This document shows positions 13,855 through 28,189 of a stretch of 64,000 nt of DNA, in pieces. Location: positions 2,958,866 through 3,022,865 of the forward strand of contig MU053379.1 in assembly GCA_013239625.1 (NCBI GenBank). The letters run 5' to 3'. The DNA comes from Lama guanicoe. Its lineage: Eukaryota. The notes below the pieces were generated by a model. The model saw only the letters and a list, made by a program, of their open reading frames with translations. It did no database searches and was not told the origin of the DNA. The translations under genes and the position numbers were made by a program. Every line of letters begins with the position of its first letter. Positions within the stretch are counted from its first letter, which is position 1.

Positions 13855-14015
13855 TGATTCTTACGACAACCCTGCAAGGCAGGAAGAGGCCCTTTCCTGA
13901 CTGGGGCAGGTTGGGGAAGGGACCCAGAGAGATGCAGTGATTTGCTCGAGGCCACACAGCCAGGAAGTGCCAGAGACGGAGTCAGAACCCTGCATCTGTC
14001 TCACTTCAAAACACA
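13855..14015 (+). mobile_element. MIR fragment
   Basis: Core-like motifs ACAACCCTGCAAGGCAGG...GTGATTTGCTCGAGGCCACACAGCCAGGAAGTG. Confidence 0.5.
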
Positions 14016-16035
14016 CACCTTCTCTCTGCTATTTTATGGTTCGTTCTTAATATAAGCACCCCTTTCGATCCACTGAACCGCTGCCAAAATACTAACAACA
14101 GTGACATCAAATTCACTAATAATCATGGACTCAAAACTAATCAAGTAAGAACTGACAAGATTTTTCCATTAAGGAAAGGGATTCCCCCCCAAAACCCAAA
14201 ATCAAACAAACAAAAAACACAACTCCATAGGAGATTCTTGCTTCATTTAGTGACAAGTTCTCGCTCTAATTCTAAGACACACGACAGACGAAGGACCAGA
14301 CAACTGTGAGGAGTGAGGCCCGGGCACCCCACCGGCCTAAGCCTGGTTCTGGTCCACATCACTCGGCAGCCTGGCTCCATCATGACCATGAGATGCTCTG
14401 GGAGGCAGAGACGGGGAGCGGAGGGTCTGTGTGTCCAGATGAACGAAGGCAGGTGGGCAGTGCCAGCCCACAGGGGACAGCTCTGCAAAGCTGGACACAC
14501 CCAAGGGCGTGGTGACCTCTCCCCGGATCCAGCGAAGGCCGTGCAGTGAAAGCTGTGCACTGTGAGCGTGTGCCAATTACTTCCGTGGCCTGTCACGCAT
14601 TTTCCGTGAAGTCAAGACTGTTCAGTCATATTCAATTATTTAAAATTAACGAGAACAGTTGGGTTCTCCTGTGTTACAATGGGAATCTTTAGCTTTATTT
14701 AAAGAACTAAGTTATCTTTCTGTCATGTTCCCCTACAGATCCTGCCTGTTCTCTGGGTATGCTCTTACCACATGACCTCCAAAGGCACCTTCCGGTCCCT
14801 GCGGAGGGACGTCAGCCTCCCACCGCGCTGTCACGTCCAGCTCACGACCCACGCGGCTTTCCCCAGAGGATCCCTCAGAGTCAGCTAGTCCATTGGACCA
14901 AGGCCCCTATTTGTAAGCACGCCTCATTTTCCCAGCATCTTTCACACGGTCCTCCTCCAGAAGTGCTTCGTAAACACTGCGCCTCCCACCAACACCAGTG
15001 CGTCTCAGGGCGGCGCTGCGCAGGCTGCCACCCGCAGGGCCCTTTCCACTTCTTCCCGGAAAGTCAGTCCATCACCGCCTTCTCCCCTCTTCGCTCAGGA
15101 TGACATCGGAGCACTCGTGCTGGGCCCCTCTCACCGTATGGTATGTGAGAGGCACAGCCATCTCCTGGGCCCTTGGCCTCCTCACCGGGCCAGGACTGCA
15201 CTTCCAAGCTCTCTCTCCCCCAGACTGTCCTGCTCCCCTCCCTGGACCAGCCCCCTGATTGTCGAGCAGCAAATGTTAATTCCACCTCCCTTAAACCCGG
15301 CCCTCCCTTCCTCCCTCCCACATCAATACCTCCGCCAAGCCTGGACCACGGCTGGGACCTCCACCCACGCCAGGTGGGCCTCGCTCCCCTAGAACGTTCT
15401 CAGACACTGACATCTCATCCAAGCAACGCTCACCTGGCCGTCTCCCCTTACTCAGCGCTCCCCACTCCCCAGGTGTGCAGGACACAGGGGCCTGTTCTCC
15501 CTCCTGGCCCCAGGCCTCCCCTCCTCAGCATCTCTGCTGGCTCAGATCCTCCACCCATCATGCAGACCCCCCTCCTCTCCTGCCGCACTCTCTCCCTGGG
15601 GGCCCATTGAGTCCTGTGGCTTTAAACACGACCGCCCAGCACCCCAGGGGCCACAGGTTTTTATTTCAGGGAGGAGCCTCACCTACCCTCCTCCCACTCC
15701 CATGCTTCTGTCCGCCTCCACCTCCTCCTCCTCGGATTCACCTGGCCCTGCACCAAGGCCGTCAGCAACTGCCGTCTTCCTAATTTCCAACAACCTTCAG
15801 CAAATCAAAAGAGGAAGCAGCCGGCTGAAAGGTGGGGGGCCTAAAGAAGCCCAGTGAGAACTGTGAGCAGATTGCAACCTTTATGACGAAGCTCAGAAGG
15901 AAGTTTTTGAATTAAACTTCTAGACATTTAAAGTTAGTCCATTGTATTCTTGAAATTCTCAATGAATAAAACCAATTTGCCATAAAAATCCAATTCATTT
16001 CTTGCATTTGCAGTGTTTTAATAAAAAACACTTAC

Positions 16036-16147
16036 CCTGAACAGTAACCCTGCCAAGCTCTGGGCAAACAAGTCCTTTATTTGCTTATCCTTCGGCTTCT
16101 GCATGACAGCTTCTGTTATCCTGAGGAGTATTTGCAACATCTGTTCC
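16036..16147 (-). CDS. RALGAPA2: RALGAPA2 coding exon (about exon 14), 112 nt, (W)[37 protein letters not shown]
   Basis: Acceptor ttttcttttggggcccag, donor AGG|gtaagt, phase 2 to 0. Confidence 0.95.
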
Positions 16148-19100
16148 CTGGGCCCCAAAAGAAAAGCTCATATGATTAATCACATCTCCAAAGCACTTGA
16201 AATCATAGGCACAAGAAATTCTTTGAAGAACTCTGCAAAATTGATAATCACGTGTTACTCGAAAGTATCTGAATGCCAGTTACAAGATGAATACCATATT
16301 TATTCAAATAAGCTCCCTTCTGCTGCCACAGTTCTGAAAATACGCCTCCTTGGTCCACATTGACAGACAGCATAAAGCAGGCCTTACCCCAGCCTGGCGT
16401 CCTCCCCGCGGAGACAGGGAGGCGAGGCTGCTCTCCCCTCTGCGGCGCTCGGGGAGGAGCTGTGCCTCTTTGAACTCATGCAGGCCACTTCAATTTCAGG
16501 TCCATCACTTAACCTGAGAGGGCCCCCTCTGTCTGTGTGACAGCAAAGAGCCCGAGCCTTCTGGTCCCCCCTCCCCGGGGGCCTGTGGTCAGCAGCATCG
16601 GGTGGCTGGGCTCCACAGCAGTCCCCTGGAACGAGGGCTGGGACAGGTCACCACTGGGCGCGCCAGGCACGGAGCTCTGTGCCTGGAAAGTTCTGGATCC
16701 ACGCACACACAGGGTGCACCCGAGAACCGTGGCCATGATGTCTGTCACAGCGCTCCTCCAAGGGGGAGGGAGGGTTACGCCAAAGGTCCCTGACGAGGAA
16801 AAAACACCAGAGAGACGAAATCACTCTATGACAACGACAGCGATTCTCCGGCACGGCCAGAGGGCACCTTCCTTTCTTGCAGTCCAGTCTTCAGATTTGG
16901 CCCCAGACGCCGTGGAAACAAGTTCCCCTTTGCACCAGGGAGCCCATGCGTTCTCTGAGGGAGACTGCCTGGTCCTTCCTTCGAGATCTTGTTCACGAAC
17001 CCTCTGCTCATCCTTGTAACTTCCGCCTTGGCCATGCTCTTCAGTGATAAAATCAAGAACTGGACAGAGTGACCTGGCCCAGGTCGGACTGTCAGATATG
17101 CAAGTAAGTCACAGCTCCTTTACTCTTTTCTCCTACTTCTGCACCCGGAACAGTACTTTCTCTCCACGTGAGGCTGAACCTCAAACCTCTCACGGCACAA
17201 TGACCTCTAGGACCTCCTGCCCCACTTGGAGCTCACCCCGCTGGCCTCTGCCCGGGGTCTCTGAGGGTGCACGTCCACACTGCCACCCGCTCTGCCAGTG
17301 GGCCTGCCCGATGCCGCCTGCAGAGTCTGCAGGCTCCGGGGAAGAGCTGTGGGGTCAGGGCTCTGGGCACACGTGTGATGTGGAGGAGGATGAGGGGAGA
17401 AACGGGGCAGAGCTGGGGACAGCCTGCTGTCCCCCACATCTGGGGTCCCCGGGGCCCTGTCCCGGGGTGGGGAGGGCAGCAGCCAGCGTCACCCCTGTCT
17501 GCACATGTCACATGATGTGTAAGACAAGGAAACACTGTCCCTTCCACACCCATCCTGCAGACATGAGAACAAGAAACGTAATTTTCAAATAAAACCTCCA
17601 TCACAGGACTGCCATCGAGCCGTGCACACCTGATGGAGGCAGACTGACGCAGACTGAGCGCAGATTTAATTTCTGAGCCTGTGACAGCTGAGTAACCATG
17701 ACATCCCCATGCAGTCTCCTGAAGGAGAAAAGGGCGAAAAACTATTTCCAGTCTGGAAAACTCCTTCCCTCACAGTTTGACCTCAGCTTGTTCCTTTGCA
17801 CTTCGTGAAGCACTGACTCCTGGCCACTCCTCTAGGAGGGGACAGCGCAGCCAGCTCCCAGGGGCCCAGGACGTCAGCGAGGCTGGCAGGGTGGGGCGAG
17901 GGCCTCTCCTCTGGCCTCTCTGTCCTTCACTTTGCCCCCATCTCCTCGCACGCCTCACTCACCTAGAGGTGCTTCTGTGCTCGCTGTGTCTCTCAGGGCT
18001 TCGAGGACGAGAACCTTGTCTGGCTCAGCCTGTGTCCTCACGTGGAAGCTGGCTAGTCATTTACTGGATGGAGGGAGGGATGGCGTTCAGGGGCTGTCTG
18101 GTACCTCAATACCTAAGAAAATCTGTTCGGGAATTATCACATCCCCGTCTACACTCTACTGACTATTTTTTTCTTTTTGGTGAGTATTTTCATCTATTTC
18201 TATAATTTGATTTTTCTGTATTTTTAGTTGGAAATCTCTGAATTATTAAAGAACGGAGAAGAATTAATTTTATTTTCTAGAATTTTCACCCAAAAAAAAG
18301 GTGATCCAGAAATATCAAAATATTACTGATTGACTGGTATGCAGAATTCAGAGAGTTTTCAAAGGAAAAAGACCATCAAAAGCACAGGATACAACAGGTA
18401 GGAGGAGCTGAGGTCTCAGGTGAGGGCACCGGCCTTTCCCATCACTTCCACGTTAGGGACACGGCATTGCACTCGCTTGTTCATCGCTGTTAACGCTCTC
18501 ACTACTGCTCTTGGCACATGGTGCTAGGTGGAAAATCTGGGAAAGGTGACACTGGAATGCACATCTTAGAAGGGTCATTTTGATACTTGTGGTTTCTGTA
18601 TTTGTGAACTTCCTGCCTGCCGGCTTCCTCCAGTCCACCCTTCCCTCAGCTGAGAAAGGAGAGCTGGACGTGATGGACTGGAGGTCCTGCCAGCTCAGTT
18701 CTACCTCATCTGCAGTTAAAGTTCCACCGACTGCAGACAGACTCTTCCCACAGCACCCTGGGTGCAAATGAAGCACCCAGAGCACAGGCTCAGTCATGGG
18801 GACCCCGCGCATTTCTGGGGAAGGTCCCGCCTGCACGAGTCTGCAGTGAGCCAAGACCGGAGATCACCGCGGAGGATGCTGACCGCAGTCAGGTTGGCAG
18901 TGAGGGCGCAGCCCGGGCGAGAGGACATGCGAGGGACCGACTGGAGAAGCTCTTGGAAGGCAGAAGCCAGAGGCTGCCTTCCCCAAATGGAAGGAAGGGG
19001 AGCAGGTAGGAGGGGCTCCAGGCTCTGTTCCAAGCGGAGAATCCCTGAAAACACCTCGGGGGCTGGAGGGACCTGAGGACACTCAATGCGGAAAGTCCCG

Positions 19101-19668
19101 TGCCGCGCTTGCTTCTGGGGTGTTATAAACACAAAAACTCCACACAAAGACGAGCAGCGGAAGGGAAAGCAGCTCACAGACGCGTGTCCGACCTGCATGC
19201 CGCCACTGTGGTTCTGACTGCACTCTGACAGTTTAACGCGTAAAATACTGGCTTTTCCAAACGAATTTAAAACTTAAAATTCAGAGCAGCACAGTCAGTT
19301 ACAAGTGTTCTGGACCAATTAGCCAGCCCTCCTGCGCTCACGAAAAATGATACTACAAAACACCAGTTACTGCTTTTCCACAGAACTGTTTGATGACGGT
19401 TTAAAATGGAAAAAATCTACTTAAGTAAAATGACTACTTACTCTTAATTGGAGAACGGTTTTAAAAACTCATAATGAAAATAAATGAACTATCAAAGTGC
19501 TGGATACTTACCCTCGTAATTCCCAGGAAATGTTACAAAAGACTGATCATCACCTTACTGTTAACTTTGTAAAGCTATTTAATAAGTGGAGGCTTTAACC
19601 TTTTAACTGTTATGTTCAAAAACAAAAACATCTGTTTCACAACATTAATTAATTCAAAATAGACTCAC

Positions 19669-19817
19669 CACGTCTTTTTATTCATTGTAAGTTCCATTAT
19701 CATGCGCCTAAAAATATTCAAAACAGCCTTACAGGCATCAACTTGCTCTTTCAAGAGCACGGGAACTTCAACACATGGTTCCAGCAAAAAGACGTTTGCA
19801 GCGTTTGTCAAAAAGAC
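19669..19817 (-). CDS. RALGAPA2: RALGAPA2 coding exon (about exon 13), 149 nt, [49 protein letters not shown](W)
   Basis: Acceptor attttcag, donor TG|gtgagt, phase 0 to 2. Confidence 0.95.
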
Positions 19818-22545
19818 CTGAAAATCAACAAATTTTACATTAGAACGTCTGAAACAGACAGATAAACCGCAACAAATTCTGCTGAAAGAGAATGACATCA
19901 ATTTCACACGACAACAGATTACCTTTGAGTTATTTCCATACGGCAAGTGGTACCAACACATACTCAGACTTCTTCTAGTTCAACCCTTAGAATCTCTTAA
20001 ATACTGACGCCTGGAAGACCTTTTCTAGAAAAAACATAGCTCTTACAAATAAATACTGCAGCTTTGGAAATTCATGAATCACAAAGGCTTCTGAAGACTT
20101 CTTCTTGACATCCCCTCAAAAATGTTTCTAAAAAGGTAAGAGAGGATCGCTGTCTGTGGGTGGGGAGGAGCTACGGTCAGACAGCGGCCGGAAGGAACCA
20201 ACAGATTCTCCCCTTGTGTCCAGCTTTGCTGCCTGGAGGCGGCTAGCACCACCCAAGGGGCAGCGGTGAGCCAGGGAGCAGGCGAAGGCACGTGGCCCAC
20301 ACTGTACGTCTTCCAAGAGCGTGTGTTTCCAATGTGAGAAATGCGTTACGCAGCAGAATACAAACCTAAGGGAGTTCTTGGGATTAAACCTGAGATTTCA
20401 AAAAATTTAGATAGCCAACTGCTCTCCGCTCTGCCTCAGATCTTTAGGAGACAAGTTCCCTGTCCTCTCTCCACCTTCAGCGGTATTTCAGGAGAAAACC
20501 GTGAGACGCGGGGTCCAGGCCGTCCTGCGGGAAGTCACTGCTTGGGCACCACTGTGCCGTAACACCGCGCTATCATTTTCGCAGGTGACACTCTGACCCT
20601 CGTTTGAGGGAATCCTGGTTTGTCAATGGTAATGAGGATGTATCTTCTCCATCCTCCAGAGCTACAGTCCCTCTTAGCTCTCCCTCCTGCTCAGCAGGAC
20701 AAACACTCAGGATCTGGGAACAGACAGAGCTTCTCTGGCTGACAGGTGCATGAAATCCCCTAATGCAACGTCTCCAAACAGAGGCACAAACTGACCAAAG
20801 GAATTGAAAGGAACATACTCAGAAGTCAAGTGGGAGAACTAAAATGTTGACGGCCTCGTAGGTTATTTTATGTAAGATTAAAAAGGTATTATGTCCCAGC
20901 CTCCTAGGAAGAATCACAGAACAAGCACTGTAATAGTTGACGGCAGCAGTTGTGAGGAATTTGCTAGCTTTCAAGTAAGAAAAAAAGAAAAGAACGTTCT
21001 GACTCTCGAACTATAGCAGTTTTAGGGACAGTTTCCTAAGCAGTACGCCATCGACGAGACTGCAGCACAGATCCTTTGACTTCAACGCGCTTGGCTTCTT
21101 GATTGGATTTTAAACCTCTGCACACTCCCAAGTAAAAGTGCGGAGTCTTCAGATGTGCTACTTCTTTCATTTTACTTTTAAGAAAAACATCCAAATGCTG
21201 GCTCCATGGTCTTTATTACCGTGTTAGTATTGGTTACAATAAAAACAAACCAACAAAATTAATACGTCCAAACTGTGCTTGTCAAAAGCAACTGCAGAAC
21301 AGCACTGTCTCATCGAACCCCCACTGGGCCGCCTTTTCCCAATTAACCAAGTAAAGGACCAAGGAACTAGACACGCGGGAACAAAAACAGCTATTTAAAT
21401 CCGTGCTAGACACTCTTCACAACGGTAGAGCTATAATCAAGCAGAAAAAAATTTTCTTGGCTCATCCAAGTGGATGTAACTTCTCCTTTCCAAGAAAACA
21501 AGCAACTCATCTGGACCAGGGAAGTAACAGGCGCCTGCAACCCCCACAGACTGCAGGGGGAGAAGGGGACGGCTCATCACGGCACGCGACCAGGATCTGG
21601 GAGCAAGAGGGCAGGGCAGGGACCGCTCTGGGACAGCCCAGGTGACACTTAGCTTTGCCAGTTCTCTGAAGCTAATCAGGTAAAACCATCTTGATTTTTC
21701 TAAAGCTAATTTCAAATTATTTCCTGTTTCTCAAAGAAAACTGAGAAAATTCATTTGTTACAGTATATGAAACTGGTAATTAACTTGAAAACAGAAAGGA
21801 TCCCGCGATAAGGAAACCTCTCAAGAGACAGACGACAGGAACGCGGCATCACTGAACACTGGGTAACGAGCACGCCCACGAGTCCCGGGACCCCTCGCCT
21901 GGCCTGGGTGTGGGAGGCTGCACTGGCACAGCTCAACCGGGATACGGGATGGAGGGTGGGGGCCGGGGAGCAGGGGACAGAGAAGTTTTCACTTACACTT
22001 CTCACAGCCGTCAAGCTGGAGGGACCCAAGAGGGACCCATCCGCATCTCTGAGACAAAATCTCCCAGCCGGGGGAGACCGAGTGATAACCAAAGTTGCTC
22101 CCTCCAACATTCCCAAAAGCTATCAGTTCTAATTCAGATACTCATTCAGATAAACTTATAAAAATCACTGCATTGATCGTCACTCGTCATAAACACAGGC
22201 GATTGTTAAGAGGAATATTACATAGGAGATTATATAACCACCAAGCTTGTCTTGCAAATTAGAATCCAGGCAACTCCCTACCCATGTGGGTTCAGAAGAC
22301 ACTTTGAAGGTTTAAATCTCAGTCATTTCATATTCACGCTTTAACAACCCCTCTCGAAAAGCTGCAACCGGTTCACATGTCTCCTTTGATTAGAAAAAAA
22401 CCTCCACACACTGAGGGCGGGCAACCAGGAAGAAGACTCAGGACGAGAGCTGCCGGAGAGCGCCACATGCTTCAGTACCGTCCCCCCGGTGAGCAGCGCT
22501 CGGACTGACTGCGTGTGCGGGCCTGGCGGCGCGGCCCCCGCGTAC

Positions 22546-22683
22546 CTGCAGCGCGGCCTGGGCCCCCGCCTTCACGCTCCTGTTCTCCTCCTCTGTCACG
22601 CAGCCTCTGCTCACCGCGCTGGTGAACGAGTAGGAGCGACCCCAGCTGGAAGACCGCTTGTGACCGGAACTTTCCGACGAGGC
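22546..22683 (-). CDS. RALGAPA2: RALGAPA2 coding exon (about exon 12), 138 nt, [46 protein letters not shown]
   Basis: Acceptor tttcccaaag, donor CAG|gtacgc, phase 0 to 0. Contains the HKRSSSWG phospho-motif. Confidence 0.93.
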
Positions 22684-23142
22684 CTTTGGGAAACAACAGT
22701 CAGTCAGCAGAGCGGGAAGGAGGCGTCGCACGTTTAACTCCTTCCGCTCATCAGAATGCGTGCAAACACAGGTTCTAGGAGCAAGTCTCGTTTCCGTTTT
22801 GTTCACCATTCTCCCTCCATCACCTAAAACAGCTCTTAGCGCTTAGCACGTGCTGAAGAAATAAATAGGTGATGTCTGTCCAATGACTGAATGAGAGTGA
22901 CTGTTTATTTTGACCTCGTGATTAGTTATTAAAATGATTTCACCAACATTGAAGAATTACAGCATTAACATAGATGCTTCCGAGTGATACACTTTTGGTT
23001 ATGAGTATTTTTTAATGTTTGTTGTTAACTGCTATGACGAACACCCACTTGTAGAAATAGTTCTCAGCCTAGATTTCCAAAGAGCTTGCCAGAAATATAA
23101 ATATGACCTAAGTTTCTTTTGTGTGTCAAGAAGACGACCCTC

Positions 23143-23450
23143 GGGACACTAATGAACTCATCTACAAAACAGAAACAGACTTGCAGACATAGTAATAATC
23201 TTATGGTTACCGGGGAAAGGGGGTGGGAAGGGACAAATTTGGGAGTCTGAGATTTGCAAAGGTTAACCACTAGATAAAAAACAAATTTCTTCTGTATAGC
23301 ACAGGGAACTATATTTAATATCTTGTAGTAACCTATAATGAAAAAAAATATAAAAACAATTTATATATATGTATGACTGAAACATGACGCTATACACCAG
23401 AAACTAACATATTATAACTGACCGTACTTCAATTGGAAAAAAAAAAAAAG
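23143..23450 (+). mobile_element. L1 3' UTR fragment
   Basis: GGACACTAATGAACTCATCTACAAAACAGAAACAGAC... through to a poly(A) tail; typical L1 3' end. Confidence 0.85.
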
Positions 23451-24018
23451 CAAAGGACCACCTGTCATTCTAGATTCATCCAACCTGCAGCTTCATCTAA
23501 CGTGGAACGAAAGGTACATCCTGGCAGCACCCCTCTCCAAGGACAGCGCCCAGCCCTGCAGCCCGGCTCACAGCAGGAATAATAAACACTCGGTTAGGCC
23601 TTTCAAGTGTGCAACATTTGGAACTGACCGCTGTTCAGGAAAAGTCTGCCAAAACACTCTAAGTTTACTGTATCAAGTACTGCTTACTGAAACACAGCAC
23701 TGATAAGGCCGTGACATTTTTAGTCTCCTGCGGAGACATGAAGCATGCTGGCTTACTAAAAGGTCCTCAGACAATGGGGAATAAAGAAGCCGCCACGCAC
23801 GTGTGGCCGCCCGAGGGTAGGAGGTGCCCGAGGACCTTGAACGGGGCCCGGAAGCAGCCTCCCCAAGGCAGGCGCTCATGCAACTCAGCAACCCAGGAGC
23901 ATCACACATGACAACAAAGAGAGGGTCTGCCCACGCCCTGACTGTGACCCTCGACCGAGCAGGTGTGCTTCGCTAAAACACAGATGCTCCCAACTCAACA
24001 GCAGGTGATGAAACATAC

Positions 24019-24186
24019 CTCCGTGGTATCCGTCTCTGAAAATCCCAACTTCTCAGCATCTTCTTGGGCAGCTTCCTTTACGTCCGGTTCCTCCATGAAC
24101 ACGGGTTTGTCTTGGAGGATCCACTTTCTGTACACTTGAACCACTTTTCTGGTGATGGCTATGTCACAGGAAGGCAGCAGAAATGC
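24019..24186 (-). CDS. RALGAPA2: RALGAPA2 coding exon (about exon 11), 168 nt, [56 protein letters not shown]
   Basis: Acceptor cattttag, donor GAG|gtatgt, phase 0 to 0. Translated by hand; not in the ORF track. Confidence 0.95.
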
Positions 24187-25607
24187 CTAAAATGATAAGA
24201 GGAACTACTTCCAGCTCCCTTCAACGCAAGCTCAGGTCACCACGGCCAGACAGACACTGCCAATGGCCGGCACCAATTTCAGACTTCCCAGTGAAACATG
24301 CAGCTTGTGAACACACTCTCCAGGGCCACGAGATTTGTGTGTGTGTGTGTCCTCAGACTTAACTGAGGACAAAAAGACATCCGTGTAATTGGGCCAGAAA
24401 ACAAAATGCAATTTAAAAAGACTTCCACATTCTGAATATTTTTGCCACAAAATAACCAAAGTGCATACCTACACAGCCATATTAATTGGTATATGAACAA
24501 TAATAATTGTACAACCAAGAACTTTCCTCAAAGCATCAGAAATAGATGATGTGGTAACCAACATAACAGCACTGCTGGTTAAAACGTCTCTTCCCAGGTT
24601 CACGTTCAGGGACGTGGTGCTGGTACCCTGAACTGGACGTCGTGGGAGCAGTCCCACCACAGAAGCTGGCAAATGTCACCAGAAAGGGCTTTTCTTTTCC
24701 TTTTCGTCTTTTTAGCCTTTCTTTCCCTTTTTCTTTCTTCTCTTCCTCCTCTCCCCCTTCCTTTCTTGAGACTCAGTTGTAGCATTGTACAAATTTATGT
24801 GAACTTTTTAACATCCAAGAAATCCCCGACACATCTGCACATAAGAATATTGATTTATTATGATCAGATTCCAAATGTAGACAACCGTGTAACAAAACTC
24901 AGTACCAGTATTTGCTCCATATGTTTGAGGCGAAATTCCTAGATGAATTACAGGTTCAGATTTCACTACAGACTTAGAATTACATGTTCCTTTGAATTGA
25001 ATCTTTCACCATTAAGAATTTTCTCTAGTAATGTCTCTCTCTCTCTCTCTTTTTTTTTTTTTTTTGTTCAAAGTTACTCCTGCCTGTTTTGAATACAGCT
25101 CTCCAGTTTTCTTTTGGTTAGTGTTTGCATGGTACATCTTTTTCTATTTTTTTGCTTTCAACTTCCCCATATTCATATGTTTGGGATGTCCCCTTACACA
25201 TAATATACAGCCTTTTTAAGAGTTTATAAGTTTAAAATTCAAGCTTATAATTTCTGTCTTTTGATTGGAGCATTACTGCATTTACGTTTAAAGTAACGAC
25301 CGCTGTAACTGTGTTAAAGACGCCTGTCTCATTCTCCACTTTCAGGCTGGTGACATTAGGCAGCCTCTTCTCCTCTAGATTAGTATTTTTACACTCTTTT
25401 GTAACATTTTAAGGGTTAACAATATTCATCCCTCACTTTAAATCTAGTATCAACTTCAACTTTTACTCTCTCAGTATGCATTTTCATCCTTCTCAGTTTA
25501 TAGCAAACACTGATAGACTTTGGGGAGAAATATAGACAAAGCCCCAGTCATAGCAGGACACGTTCAGTAACTGAGAGAAATTTATAATAAAAACAGAGGA
25601 AAAAAGA

Positions 25608-25912
25608 GGACACTAAATGAACTCATTTACAAAACAGAAACAGACTCACAGACACAGTACACAATCTTTTGTTTACAGGGGAAAAGGGATGGGGAGGGAT
25701 AAATTTTGCAGTTTGAGATTTGCAAATATTAGCCACTATACATTAAAATAGATTTAAAAAATTTCTTCTGTACAGCCAGGGAACTATATTCAGCATCTTT
25801 TAATAACCTTTCATGAAAAAGAATATGAAAATGAATATATGTATGTATATGCATGACTGGGACATTGTGCTGTAACCAGAAATTGACACATTGTAACTGG
25901 CTATACTTCAAT
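25608..25912 (+). mobile_element. L1 3' UTR fragment, embedded in older degraded L1-like sequence (about 24950-26400)
   Basis: Same family as the 23143 copy. Ends TTGTAACTGGCTATACTTCAAT. Confidence 0.85.
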
Positions 25913-26202
25913 GCTGAACACATGCATCAGATGTGCTAGCTGACCTCCCCACCTCAGCCTCTCACGCCCTTCACCTCTGTCTCTCAGAGCTGCATTCAGG
26001 CTAATTTCTTCTGACCTGTCATCCAATGTATTCTCTTTTCAGCTGTATTTAATCTGCTATTAAACTTACCCACTGAGGATTTCCTTTAGTATTTCAATTA
26101 TTACATTTTTTCATCTCTAGAAGTTCTATTTTCTTTCTATTCAAATCTGCTTAGTCATCTGCTATAGCTTCTTATTTCCTGCAAACATTTTCAAGTGTGT
26201 CT

Positions 26203-26326
26203 TTTTTGTGGGTGGGGAGTGTAATTTATTTTATTTATTTATTTTTAGAGTGGGTACTAGGGATTGAACCCAAGATCTCATGAATGCTAAGCACAAGCTC
26301 TACCACTTTAGCTATACCCTCCCCCC
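26203..26326 (-). mobile_element. tRNA-derived SINE (Vic-1-like)
   Basis: A/B-box head, (TAAA)n tail, approximate TSD TCAAGnnTGTCTTTT. Confidence 0.85.
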
Positions 26327-27179
26327 TCAAGCTTGTCTTTTATTTCTTTAAACATGTCAAACATATTCATTCTAAAGTCTCAATTGTATAACTGAAGTCC
26401 TCGTGAGGCTTCCCTGTAACTTCTGATTGTCTGTCTAGACAAATTCGGATTTATCAATTTCTAAGTGGAAGAAAGAGTAACCTGGAATTATTATACCCAG
26501 CTAAACTACTGACCATGTGCAAAGGCAAATGGAAAAACTTTCCTATCACAAAAGGATTCAGAGAATAAAGTTTCCAAGACATCTTCTTGAAAACACCACT
26601 CAGTGATAAAATAAGACCAAACAGGAAGTCAACCAAAGCAAGTATTTCAGGGCTGTGGACACTGGGAGGGATGAACCTGTCTAAATGCAGAACCAAGACT
26701 AAATATCTCTGCGCATTAGGATTCCAAACCGACTGAAAATGAGGGTAAATTTATAATTTAAATTTAAATTTATAACGATGAAATCAGCAGACAGGGAGAA
26801 GAGGCTGAAAAAAATACAAGGCTGCTTATTTCTTCACATATCATCACAAGAAATCAAATGCTATCTAAAATTACAACATGCAGCTAAAAAGTGATTCCAA
26901 CACCTTAACATTATTATAATCTTTTTACCATGGCCAAATCTTTTAGCAATTAATATCTCTTGTGGTAAAGGAATATTTACTGGAACTTCAACAATTCCTT
27001 CAGTTTTGCTTTCTTTTCTTCGGTTAAATTCAGGTAAAAATAAAATTCAGAACTGTTCAGTAACTACATTAAAGATTGATTAATAATTAAAAATTCCATT
27101 GTCATAAAGCTGTTCTGTGGTCCCCCACCCCACCCCCGCTGCTTCCACACACCTGTTGTGGCCCCCACCTTAACTCCAT

Positions 27180-27480
27180 CAGCCTCTGTCTGGTCCCACC
27201 TGTCTCTGTCCATGGCTACCTGCCTGCCTCTCCATCCCCCCACCTGCCAAGTTCCCATCTCTGTCTGCCTGTCTTTCTGCGCCCACCCAGCTGTCCAGCT
27301 ACACCTGTCCACATATCTCCACCTCTGCTGGCTGGCCTGCTCCTGCCTGTCTGTTCTTCTATGCCTGCCTGCCAGTTTGTTGATATCTCTTAGCTCATCT
27401 GTAAGTCCTTCCTTCTATCTGTCCACCAGGCTGCTTCCTGTCTGTTCACATCCTGTCTTACTTGCATCCTCTCAGCTGGT
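27180..27480 (+). repeat. Degenerate (CCTG/TCTG/TCCA)n low-complexity tract
   Basis: Pyrimidine-rich tetramer-like repeats. Confidence 0.6.
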
Positions 27481-27702
27481 TTCTCATGCTCTCAGGCCGG
27501 CAGTCATATATACACTTAGAGAAACACCTAGAATGATGCTCTTCTAACATTTATAGCTGTTACTTACATGGCATGGTATTGTTTTGGGTGAACTGGTTCT
27601 TGCTTCTCCTCTATAATTACATATATATATAGAGAGAGAGAGAGACTGCTTTATCTAATGAACATTCATCTCTTTTTTCAAGATAGAAATAAAGTTGTTC
27701 TT

Positions 27703-27879
27703 GCCGGGAGGGTATAGCTCAAGTGGTACAGTGCGTGCTTAGCACGCACAAGGTCCTGGGTTCAGCCCCCAGTACCTCCTCCAAAAACAAACAAACAAAC
27801 AAACCTAATTACCTCCCTCTCCAAATAATTAAGCACGTAAGTAAGTAAGTAAATAAATAAAACGATTGCTTAAAAAAAA
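27703..27879 (+). mobile_element. tRNA-derived SINE (Vic-1-like)
   Basis: Head GGGAGGGTATAGCTCAAGTGGTA...GGTCCTGGGTTCAGCCCCCAGTACCTCC, then (AAAC)n and a CCTAATTACCTCCC tail. TTGTTCTT flanks both ends. Confidence 0.85.
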
Positions 27880-28189
27880 TTGTTCTTTAAAACAGAACCA
27901 ACCAAAAAACAAAACAATCTAATTTAAAGCAACACTTCCTTTCAGATCACAACCTAAGTAAGTCATTTTCCAGAAGGATATATGCATTTGTATACATAGC
28001 AGACATAAAAAAAAATCGTTAAGTTTCACAAAGAAATATTGATTCTTACAACTTGTACTGCACTGTTAAATTTTTTGGTCTACTCTATTTTACTTTATTT
28101 CACTAATTTTAAAAAATGCTGGTTTTGACCAACTAAGTTTATTTCATGACCAACAAATTGGTCACGTGAGGCAGTCTGTAAAACACCAG

